Source of the DNA: Opitutaceae bacterium
Lineage (GTDB): Bacteria > Verrucomicrobiota > Verrucomicrobiia > Opitutales > Opitutaceae
Length of the DNA stretch: 64,000 nt
Reading direction: 5' to 3'
NCBI GenBank assembly: GCA_023269585.1
Contig: JAHFTC010000007.1
Span: 226 to 64,225, forward strand
Positions 18,831-26,334 of this stretch are shown piece by piece. A program made the position numbers and the translations under genes. Numbering within the stretch: the first letter of the stretch is position 1; every line of letters begins with the position of its first letter. The notes below the pieces were generated by a model, which saw nothing but the letters and a program-made list of their open reading frames with translations, was not told the origin of the DNA and did no database searches.

Positions 18831-19732
18831 GGGATCACGCGGATCTTGTCGCGCCAAGCCTTGCCGCGCTCGAGGATCGCGAGTAGCTCGAGGTCGTTGC
18901 GGTTGGCGAGCGCGGCGTGGAGTGCCTGCAGTTCGTCCTGATAGGAGCGCAGCGCGCGGAGGACCTCGTCGCGGTTTTCGTGGAGGATGCCGCGCCAGAG
19001 TTTCGGATCGCCGGAAGCGACGCGCGTGGTGTCGCGCAGACCGGGGCCGGCGAGGTTGCGCCAGTTGGAATTCTTGCCGGCGAGCAGCGCGCACAGGCAG
19101 GCGGCGGCGAGGTGCGGCAGGTGCGAAACGTGGGCGACGATCTCGTCGTGCTGGTCCGGATTCATCGTCACGACCTCGCAACCGAGCGCGGCCCAGAAAC
19201 GGACCAGCGTCTCGACGGCGGCGGGCGGGGTGTCGTCGAACGGCGTGACGAAGCAGGAACGGCCCTGGAAGAGCTCGGCGGTACCAGCCTCGTGGCCGCA
19301 TTTCTCGGAGCCGGCCATCGGGTGCGAGCCGACGAAGACCGGGCCCGGGGCGTCGGTCGGGAAGGCGGCGGAGGCGCGGCGGCAGAGCTCGCCCTTGACG
19401 CTGCCGACGTCGGTGACGATCGCGCCGGTGGCGAGGTGGGGGCGGATGGCGGCGGCGAGCGGCGCGATGTTTTCGACCGGGGCGCAGATCACCACGAGAT
19501 CGGCGCCGCGGGCGGCTGCCTCGGGCGTGGCGTGGACGGCGTCGCACCACGGCAGCGTTTCGAGCTGCACGCGGACTTCGGGGCGGCGGGCCCAGACGAC
19601 GATACGCCGGGCCGCGCCGAACCGGCGGGCCGCCATCGCGACGGAAGCGCCCAGCAGGCCGGGCGCGAGAATGGTGAGCTGTTCAACCACGACCGGCTGA
19701 GCAAAAAGGGCGGCGGAGCAATGTCCAGCCAT
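18827..19732 (-). CDS. tyrA: prephenate dehydrogenase
   Basis: Rossmann N-terminus LTILAPGLLGASVA and the SHPMAGSE motif. Possible alternative GTG start at 19690. Confidence 0.8.
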   Translation of the reverse strand: MAGHCSAALFAQPVVVEQLTILAPGLLGASVAMAARRFGAARRIVVWARRPEVRVQLETLPWCDAVHATPEAAARGADLVVICAPVENIAPLAAAIRPHLATGAIVTDVGSVKGELCRRASAAFPTDAPGPVFVGSHPMAGSEKCGHEAGTAELFQGRSCFVTPFDDTPPAAVETLVRFWAALGCEVVTMNPDQHDEIVAHVSHLPHLAAACLCALLAGKNSNWRNLAGPGLRDTTRVASGDPKLWRGILHENRDEVLRALRSYQDELQALHAALANRNDLELLAILERGKAWRDKIRVIP

Positions 19733-19766
19733 TCACCGGAGGGAAAGGGCGGAAGGGAGGCGGGGG

Positions 19767-19794
19767 ATTTCCGATTTCGGATTGGCGATTTCCG
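19767..19794. repeat. short heptad array (ATTTCCG x4; CGGAAAT on the other strand)
   Basis: atttccg atttcgg attggcg atttccg. Same CGG-N4 heptad logic as the larger arrays. Confidence 0.6.
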
Positions 19795-19938
19795 CTTGGG
19801 GTGGCGGTACGGAGGAGGGAGCGGAAGCAGCCACGGGGCCGCGGCAAGAGCGAACCGCGAGACACGAACGGACACGAATGGGCGGAAATGGACGCGCAGG
19901 GCGGAGGTGGAGCGGCGGGGGCTTTTGCGGAGGTCGGC

Positions 19939-20343
19939 TCACGCGACGGGCAGCGGGGTGTCTTTGCGGTAGACGGTGCCTTGGGCGAGGGCGACGAGGG
20001 TGGCATCGGAGTCGCGCACCTCCATCGTGTAGGTCGCGAGCTTGGGGTTGCAGGCGACTTCCCGGGCTTCGGCGGTGAGCGTGCCGGCGCGCGCGGCCTG
20101 CAGGTAAGAAATGGAGACGTTGATGCCGAGGGCGAGGCGGCCGCGGCTGTTGGAGGCGACGGCGAAGACGAGGTCGGCGAGGGTGAACAGCGCGCCGCCG
20201 TGCACGACATCGGCGGCGTTGAGGTGCTGGTCGCCGACGGTCATCTGCGCCTTGGCTCAGCCGGGACCGGCGTCGAGCAGCTCGATGCCGTTGTGCGCGG
20301 CAAACCGGTCGCGGGCGAAGAAGGTGCGGAGGTCGGGGGACAT
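19939..20343 (-). pseudogene. PaaI-type hotdog thioesterase interrupted by an in-frame TGA
   Basis: ATG 20343 gives MSPDLRTFFARDRFAAHNGIELLDAGPG. TGA (20259-20257) follows, then AKAQMTVGDQHLNAADVVHGGALFTLAD continues in the same frame. The two halves together form a normal PaaI N-terminus. Confidence 0.6.
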
Positions 20344-20680
20344 GGAGAGGGGAAGTGGGCGCTGGCCGACGCGAGCACAACCGGTTCGGAGCGGAGCGGC
20401 AAGGCGGCGCGGTGCCCGCGTTCGGGCGGCGCGGTCTTCGCCCGGCTACGACCAGCCGGGTTGACCGGGGTGGCCCAATCACAGCGGACATTGGGTCAAT
20501 CGCGCTCGCACCGATTTGATCGGGTGGGCAGTGCGGAACCCGTCTCGCCTCCCGCCCAGACAGGGGTTCGCGCGGCGTAGCGCCCGTTCCACTTCGGAAG
20601 TCCCGAGTTTCGAGTCGAGGATACGCGGCCTTCCCGGCTCGCGCAAACTGGCGCGGCGCCGAAGCCGAGGCGAAATGGAA

Positions 20681-20716
20681 AACCGTTTACATTCACGACC
20701 GTGAGAGTAAACGGTT
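20681..20716. promoter_or_regulatory. 36-bp palindrome AACCGTTTAC-N16-GTAAACGGTT, copy 1 (candidate operator)
   Basis: aaccgtttacattcacgaccgtgagagtaaacggtt, 15/18 arm complementarity. Ends 20 nt before the ATG of the PaaX-like gene. Confidence 0.5.
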
Positions 20717-20736
20717 GGGCGTAATCCAGTCCTGCC

Positions 20737-21522
20737 ATGCCCCGAAACCTTCGGATGGAAACGCGGTTCTTCCTGGAATGCCTGGCCGAGGCGTCGATCG
20801 GTGCCGCCGATCTTCTGTTGAATCCCACCTTGGGGCGGCTCGCCTCCGGCAGCGGGTGCCGGGACGACTGCTTTGAAAAGAAGCTTCGAATACTCGCTGC
20901 CCGGGGAGTCATCGTGCTGCCGCGGGCGGCCGATCCTCGGATCGTGCGCCTGACCCGGCAGGGGCGGGAGTTGGCGCGGTCCGGTGTCGATCCCGAGGCG
21001 TGTTGGGCGCGGGAATGGGACGGTACCTGGCGCTTTGTGCTTTTCGATGTCGCCGAGGTCGACCGCAAGGTGCGGGACCGGCTCCGGCGGGAACTGGTCG
21101 GGGCGAGGTTGGGCTATCTGCAAGGAAGCGTCTGGGTGTCGCCGGACCCGCTGGCGGTTTTGCGCAAGACGGTCGAGGCGGTGACGGCGAATCCCGAGGC
21201 GTTGCTGTTCATCGATGGCCGGCCGTGCGCGGGGGAGAGCGATGCGGCAATTGTCGACGGTGCCTGGTGTTTTGCCCGCATCAATGCGGCGTATCGTGAG
21301 AATCTCGCCGCCCATCGCTCGATGCCGCGCGTATCGGATCCGTCGTGCCAGTGGCGCGAGTGGCTCGCGTGGGAGCGCGAAACCTGGCAGGCCGCGCTCA
21401 CGCTCGACCCGCTGCTCCCGCGGCGGCTGCTGCCGGCGGGTTACCTCGGGAGGGAGGCGTTCGGTGCGCGCCGGAAGGCGCTCCGGGCCTTTGCGGCGCA
21501 TTTCTTCAGCCCGTCGGCATGA
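20737..21522 (+). CDS. PaaX-family transcriptional regulator (PaaX-like)
   Basis: The central block WDGTWRFVLFDVAEVDRKVRDRLRRELVGARLGYLQGSVWVSP matches the PaaX hallmark (WxGxW ... R..LR..L...GfG.L..gvWvsP). Confidence 0.6.
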   Translation: MPRNLRMETRFFLECLAEASIGAADLLLNPTLGRLASGSGCRDDCFEKKLRILAARGVIVLPRAADPRIVRLTRQGRELARSGVDPEACWAREWDGTWRFVLFDVAEVDRKVRDRLRRELVGARLGYLQGSVWVSPDPLAVLRKTVEAVTANPEALLFIDGRPCAGESDAAIVDGAWCFARINAAYRENLAAHRSMPRVSDPSCQWREWLAWERETWQAALTLDPLLPRRLLPAGYLGREAFGARRKALRAFAAHFFSPSA

Positions 21523-21563
21523 CGCGCGGCGCCGCGCGTGGCTCGGTGCCAAGCGCGCGAGCG

Positions 21564-21599
21564 AACCGTTTACCCTCACGGTCGTGAGGGTAAACGGTT
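21564..21599. repeat. 36-bp palindrome, copy 2
   Basis: aaccgtttaccctcacggtcgtgagggtaaacggtt, 17/18 arm complementarity. Lies 42 nt after the PaaX-like stop. Confidence 0.6.
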
Positions 21600-21685
21600 G
21601 GAGTGCTGGCGGGGTGGCGACGGGGCGGGCGGCCCCCGGGCCGTGGGCCGGGGGGCACGAGGTCGGGTGAGCGGCGCGGGGGCGA

Positions 21686-21721
21686 AACCGTTTACGCTCA
21701 CGGTCGTGAAGGTAAACGGTC
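21686..21721. repeat. 36-bp palindrome, copy 3
   Basis: aaccgtttacgctcacggtcgtgaaggtaaacggtc. Starts 122 bp after the start of copy 2. Confidence 0.6.
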
Positions 21722-21845
21722 GGGGACAGGGGCGGTAGGGGAGCGGGGGACGACGCCGCGGCGCGCCGGCGCTTGCCGGTCGTTGGCTCGAAGCATCACC
21801 GGCGCTTGTCGATGGAAGCGGGAGGCTCGCCCGCTCCCTCCGGGC

Positions 21846-23246
21846 TCAGTCGACGAGGTTGCCGCTGGGCTTCACGTGCTTGAACTCGCCGGGGGCGCCG
21901 TCGATCGGACCGAAGCGGGCGGTTTCGTCGTCGACGAGACGGCGCAGCACGATGTCGACGTAGAGCGTGGTGTTCGGGTCGACGAAGGCGTCGAGGGTCT
22001 TGGCGACGGAGCGGAACTCCGCGGGGCGGTAGTACGCGAAGCCCTTGTCGGGGCGCGCGACGATGCGGAAGCCGAACTGGTCGTCGGGCACCTCCATCAT
22101 CACGTCGTAGTCGAGATAAAAGGTGATGCGTTCGCGGCTGTGCTTGTTGGACTGCTTGTCCACGAAGAATCCTTTGCGGAGTTTGTCGGGGTCGTACTTC
22201 GCGCCGGCGAGCAGGAGCACATCATAGTCGGCGACGCTGGCGCCCTCGTCGTCGGTGACCTGGAAGATGATCTGGAAGAAGCGGCGGCGCTTGCCCGTGC
22301 CCGCCTGCTCGGCGTCGGTGGCCTTCGCCCACGCGGCGGCGAGGGCGGCGTACGCGGTCTTGGTGCTGATCGAGAGGGCGTCGAGAATGATGGCGACGAC
22401 GGGCTTGGTGCCGGCGTTGGCGGCGGTGGGGCTGCGAAGGATACCGAGCTTCTTTCCGGAGTGGGAGGCGTCGGGCACGATGCGGAACGCGCTGGGCTGG
22501 GAGCTGCGGAGCTTGCCGTCGTACTCGAGGAGCCGGGCCTCGCCGCCGCCGGTCATCGCGGCCTTCTTGTCGCCCTGAAGCAGGGTAAGCCAGCTGTAGG
22601 CCAGGTTGGCGGCGGCGACACGCACGACGCCGTCGGAACCGGCTTCACCGGTGTAACTGTTGACGTGGTCGTAGAGCTTGGAGTCGATCGTCTCGCCGGT
22701 GAGCACGAAGGGCATGAACGCGCTGCCGCCGGCGAAGGGCGCGAGGTCGAGCCAGTCCTCGTTGAGCGCGCGGGCGGGCGTGCTGCCGAGTTCGAGCCAT
22801 TCGAGGATCTTCTCGCCCGGCTCGATGCCCTCGAACCATGCCTTGATGCGGCCGAGCCGCTCGGAGCCGAGGGCGGCCAGCGCCGAGCCGTGGTTGGCGG
22901 GCGCGAGCATGACGAGATGTTGAAGAGGGCACTTTGTCATCGCGGGGGCGTGGTAGCGCATCAGCCATTCGCGCACAACGGGTCCGCCGGTGGAGTGGGT
23001 GATGCAGGAGAACGGCGCAATGCCGCCTTTGCCGTCGCCGAGGGCGTCGTGCAGGGCGCGGTCGAAGGCGCGCACGACATCGTCCATGCGCACGGTGTCG
23101 TCGAAGCTGATGTAGCGGCCGAGGTGGATGTCGACCGGGTCGAGCTCAAGGCCGCGGAGCAAGCCGCGGTCGGCGAGGAGGCGGGGGAGTTCGCCGTAGG
23201 TGTCCGTATGGTGGACACTCCAGCCGTGGACGAAGGCGAGTTTCAT
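21846..23246 (-). CDS. alpha/beta-hydrolase (lipase/esterase-like) with an uncharacterised C-terminal domain
   Basis: Start at ATG 23246 (MKLAFVHGW). Nucleophile elbow THSTGG, then LAPANHGS, SDGVV and ASHSG. The C-terminal domain of about 150 aa matches no family I recognise. Confidence 0.65.
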   Translation of the reverse strand: MKLAFVHGWSVHHTDTYGELPRLLADRGLLRGLELDPVDIHLGRYISFDDTVRMDDVVRAFDRALHDALGDGKGGIAPFSCITHSTGGPVVREWLMRYHAPAMTKCPLQHLVMLAPANHGSALAALGSERLGRIKAWFEGIEPGEKILEWLELGSTPARALNEDWLDLAPFAGGSAFMPFVLTGETIDSKLYDHVNSYTGEAGSDGVVRVAAANLAYSWLTLLQGDKKAAMTGGGEARLLEYDGKLRSSQPSAFRIVPDASHSGKKLGILRSPTAANAGTKPVVAIILDALSISTKTAYAALAAAWAKATDAEQAGTGKRRRFFQIIFQVTDDEGASVADYDVLLLAGAKYDPDKLRKGFFVDKQSNKHSRERITFYLDYDVMMEVPDDQFGFRIVARPDKGFAYYRPAEFRSVAKTLDAFVDPNTTLYVDIVLRRLVDDETARFGPIDGAPGEFKHVKPSGNLVD

Positions 23247-23434
23247 GGGCTTTCGGATTGGAAGGGATCGAGGGCCCGGCGCCTGGGCGCAGGCGCCAGC
23301 GGGACCGGGCGAGGGTAGCCGAAGATCGGCGCAGGCCAACTCCCGCGGATGCCAGATATTTGGTAGAAACACGGGGCGCGGACGGCATTCCGTTTTTGCA
23401 CCGCGGCGCGCGCCGCGATGAACTGCGGCCAGCC

Positions 23435-25363
23435 ATGAGCACGAACCACGCGCCCCGCGCCCTTCTGCACGAACGTTTCGGATTCACTGCGTTTCGCCCG
23501 GGGCAGGAGGCGGTGATCGCGCAACTGTTGGCGGGCAACTCGGCGCTGGCGGTGTTTCCCACGGGCAGCGGCAAGAGCCTGTGCTACCAGTTGCCGGCGC
23601 TGCTGCTGGAGGGGCTCACGGTGGTGGTGTCGCCGTTGATCGCGCTGATGAAGGACCAGGTGGATTTCCTCGTGGGGCGCGGCATCGCGGCCGCGCGACT
23701 GGACTCCTCGGTGAGTCGCGAGGTGTTCGAGGAAATCCAGGACGGGCTGCGGGCGCGGCGGCTCAAGCTGCTCTATGTGGCGCCGGAACGTTTCTCCAAC
23801 GAGCGCTTCCTCGCGCGACTGAAGACGCTGCAGATCGATCTGCTGGTGGTCGACGAGGCGCACTGCATCTCGGAGTGGGGCCACAACTTCCGCCCCGACT
23901 ACCTCAAGCTCGCCCGCTACGCGCGGGAGCTGCGCGCCGGGCGGGTGCTCGCGCTCACGGCGACGGCGACGCCGGCGGTGGCGCGCGACATCTGCCGCGA
24001 GTTTGCCATCGCGCCCGAGGCGCATGTGAACACGGGTTTCCACCGGCCCAACCTCACGTTGTGCGCCACGGCTTGCGCGGCGGACGAGCGCATCGCCTTG
24101 CTCCTCGCGCGCCTGAAGGCGTGGCCGCCGGGGCCGACGATCGTGTACGTGACGTTGCAGAAGACGGCGGAGCGCGTCGCCGCGGCGCTGGTGGCGGAGG
24201 GATTCGCAGCCGAGGCGTACCATGCCGGGATGGAGGCGGAGGTGCGCGAGGCGGTGCAGAACCGTTTCATGGCGGCGGACCGCGCGATCGTCGTCGCCAC
24301 GATCGCGTTCGGCATGGGGATCGACAAGGCGGACATCCGCGCCGTCTACCACTACAACCTGCCGAAGAGCCTGGAGAACTACGCGCAGGAGATCGGGCGC
24401 GCGGGGCGCGATGGCGCGCCGTCGCATTGCGAGATCTTCGCCGCGGCGGAGGACCTCACGGTGTTGGAGAACTTCACCTACGGCGACACGCCCACGGCCG
24501 AGGCGTTGCGCGACCTGCTGAAGGAGCTGCTGCAGGGGCGCGCGGCGGGCGACACGTTCGACCTCTCGGCGTTCGAGCTCTCGGTGCGGCACGACATCCG
24601 GCAACTGGTGGTCTCGACGGCGCTCACGTATCTCGAGCTCGACGGACTGATCGAGGCGACGACGCCGTTCTACACGAGCTACCAGTGGAAGTACCGGCGG
24701 CCGGTGGAGGAGATCCTCGCGCGCTTCGAGGGAGAGCGACGGCAGTTTCTGGAGCGGCTCTTCGGGCTCGCGAAGGAGGGGCGTATCTGGAGCACGGTGG
24801 TGCTGGCGGAGGCTGCGGCGGCGCTTGGCGGTGAGCGTGAGCGTCTGGTGAAGGCGCTCAACTACCTCGAGGAGAAAGGCGATCTCGAGCTGCGTGCCGC
24901 GGGCGTGCGGCAGGGGTATCGCGTCGTGCGCGTGCCGGAGGATCTCGCGGCGGTGTGGCACGAGCTGCGGCGGCGCTTCGCCGCCCGCGAGGCCGGCGAC
25001 ATCGCCCGGGTGGCGGGTGTGGCCAAACTCATCGGCGGCGAGGGCTGTCTCGTGCGGCGGTTGCTGGCGTACTTCGGTGAGGAACTCGGGCGCGACTGCG
25101 GGCACTGCGGGCCGTGCGCTGGGGCGCCGCGCGTGGAGCTGACGCGCGCGGAACGCGCGGTGAGCTGGCCGGCGGAGGAGCTCGCGGCGCTGCGGGCGCA
25201 GCACCCGCGCGAACTCGGCGCGGCGCGGCAGGTGGCGCGGTTCCTCTGCGGGATCGCCTCGCCCGCGCTCTCGGCGGCGAAGCTCACGCGGAATCCGCGT
25301 TTCGGATGCGCGGCGGAGGCGCCGTTTGCCGCGGTGATGCAGGCCGTGACCGGTGGACGGTGA
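23435..25363 (+). CDS. recQ: RecQ-family ATP-dependent DNA helicase
   Basis: FRPGQ, PTGSGKSLCYQLP, DEAHCISEWGHNFRPDY and ATIAFGMGIDK motifs. Start at ATG 23435. Confidence 0.9.
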   Translation: MSTNHAPRALLHERFGFTAFRPGQEAVIAQLLAGNSALAVFPTGSGKSLCYQLPALLLEGLTVVVSPLIALMKDQVDFLVGRGIAAARLDSSVSREVFEEIQDGLRARRLKLLYVAPERFSNERFLARLKTLQIDLLVVDEAHCISEWGHNFRPDYLKLARYARELRAGRVLALTATATPAVARDICREFAIAPEAHVNTGFHRPNLTLCATACAADERIALLLARLKAWPPGPTIVYVTLQKTAERVAAALVAEGFAAEAYHAGMEAEVREAVQNRFMAADRAIVVATIAFGMGIDKADIRAVYHYNLPKSLENYAQEIGRAGRDGAPSHCEIFAAAEDLTVLENFTYGDTPTAEALRDLLKELLQGRAAGDTFDLSAFELSVRHDIRQLVVSTALTYLELDGLIEATTPFYTSYQWKYRRPVEEILARFEGERRQFLERLFGLAKEGRIWSTVVLAEAAAALGGERERLVKALNYLEEKGDLELRAAGVRQGYRVVRVPEDLAAVWHELRRRFAAREAGDIARVAGVAKLIGGEGCLVRRLLAYFGEELGRDCGHCGPCAGAPRVELTRAERAVSWPAEELAALRAQHPRELGAARQVARFLCGIASPALSAAKLTRNPRFGCAAEAPFAAVMQAVTGGR

Positions 25364-25462
25364 CCGGTGGACGGTGGACGGTGAACGGTGGACGGTAGAC
25401 GGTGGACGGTAGACGGTGGACGGTAGACGGTGACCGGTGGACGGTAGACGGTAGACCGTGGG
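25344..25462. repeat. heptanucleotide tandem array (CGGTGGA / CGGTAGA / CGGTGAC), about 17 units
   Basis: Read directly from the sequence. The array begins inside the last codons of recQ and contains its TGA stop (25361-25363). Confidence 0.9.
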
Positions 25463-25498
25463 CGGAGCGTGGGGGGCCGGGGACGGGGCGCGCACGCC

Positions 25499-25527
25499 AC
25501 AAAGAAAGCCCCGCGGCCCGGGGGCGA
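25499..25527 (-). terminator. candidate terminator downstream of the ORF6N gene
   Basis: GC hairpin around gccccgcggcccgggggc, followed on the minus strand by TTTCTTT. Confidence 0.4.
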
Positions 25528-25613
25528 AGAGGAGAGAAGCGACTGGACTTAGGTGTCCGATATCTTGTCACAGCAATCTCCCTGCGGAGGCGGCGGTGCG
25601 GTGTGCAAGGCGC

Positions 25614-26150
25614 TCAGCGGGTTGGTTGCCCGAAGCCGATTCGGCGGCGGTGGGTAGGACCGTCGGGGGCGAGAAGCTGGCGGATGGCCTCGAAGAGGTT
25701 GGCGATGGCGGTGTCGTGGCCCTCGATATTGCGCTCTAGCTCGGCGAGCTTGGCGGCGAGTTCGTGGTGAGTCGCAAGGAGTTCGCGGAGTTGAACGAAG
25801 GCGCGGACGATGGCGACGGACATCTCGACAGCACGCTGGCTGCGGAGCACCCCCGCGAGCATCGCGACGCCCTGTTCGGTGAAGACACGGGCGGGTTTGC
25901 GGACGCCGCCTCGGCCGGTGGGCTTTGATGTTCCAGCGTGGAACATCAAAGCCCGTGTTTCTTCGAGGGTGAGATAGAAGGAGAAGTCCTCGGGAAAACG
26001 GTCGCGATTGCGTGAAACCGCTTTGTTGAGTTCACGGGTGGCGACTCCGTAAAACCGCGCCAGATCGGCATCGAGCATGACGCGGCGTTGGCGGACCCAG
26101 TGGATGCGCTGCTGGATCTCGGGGACGGGGACGAGGGTGTTTTGAGGCAT
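25614..26150 (-). CDS. ORF6N-domain protein (KilA-N-like DNA-binding protein)
   Basis: Start at ATG 26150. IHWVRQRRVMLDADLARFYGVATRELNKAVSRNRDRFPEDFSFYLT ... RVFTEQGVAMLAGVLRSQRAV is the typical ORF6N pattern. Confidence 0.75.
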   Translation of the reverse strand: MPQNTLVPVPEIQQRIHWVRQRRVMLDADLARFYGVATRELNKAVSRNRDRFPEDFSFYLTLEETRALMFHAGTSKPTGRGGVRKPARVFTEQGVAMLAGVLRSQRAVEMSVAIVRAFVQLRELLATHHELAAKLAELERNIEGHDTAIANLFEAIRQLLAPDGPTHRRRIGFGQPTR

Positions 26151-26245
26151 GGCGGGATCGGGCGCGCATGCGGCGGGGGGCGGTTCCGCAGTGTGACGGA
26201 GGCTGGCGTGGTGGCCGGGCGGAGTCGAGCGGATGGTTATGCTGG

Positions 26246-26283
26246 GAAAAAGAAAAACCCCGCGGCGTTGGGGGCCGCGGGGC
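26246..26283 (-). terminator. rho-independent terminator of thrS
   Basis: 9-bp stem ccccgcggc/gccgcgggg (26258-26282), followed on the minus strand by TTTTTCTTTTT. Lies about 50 nt past the thrS stop. Confidence 0.65.
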
Positions 26284-26334
26284 GAAGGGGGAGGCTGAGC
26301 GACTGTGTCGCCCAGCGACGGGGAGGAGGGTGCC

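Noticed and set aside
20257-20259. Reading the in-frame TGA of the PaaI-like gene as selenocysteine.
   Set aside because: Cys or Sec has no known role at this position in hotdog thioesterases. There is no obvious SECIS-like hairpin immediately downstream, and no sel genes are in the window. A nonsense mutation or sequencing error is more parsimonious.
20479-21579. 366-aa minus-strand ORF overlapping the PaaX-like gene.
   Set aside because: Arg/Pro-rich shadow ORF antisense to a gene that has a recognisable family signature.
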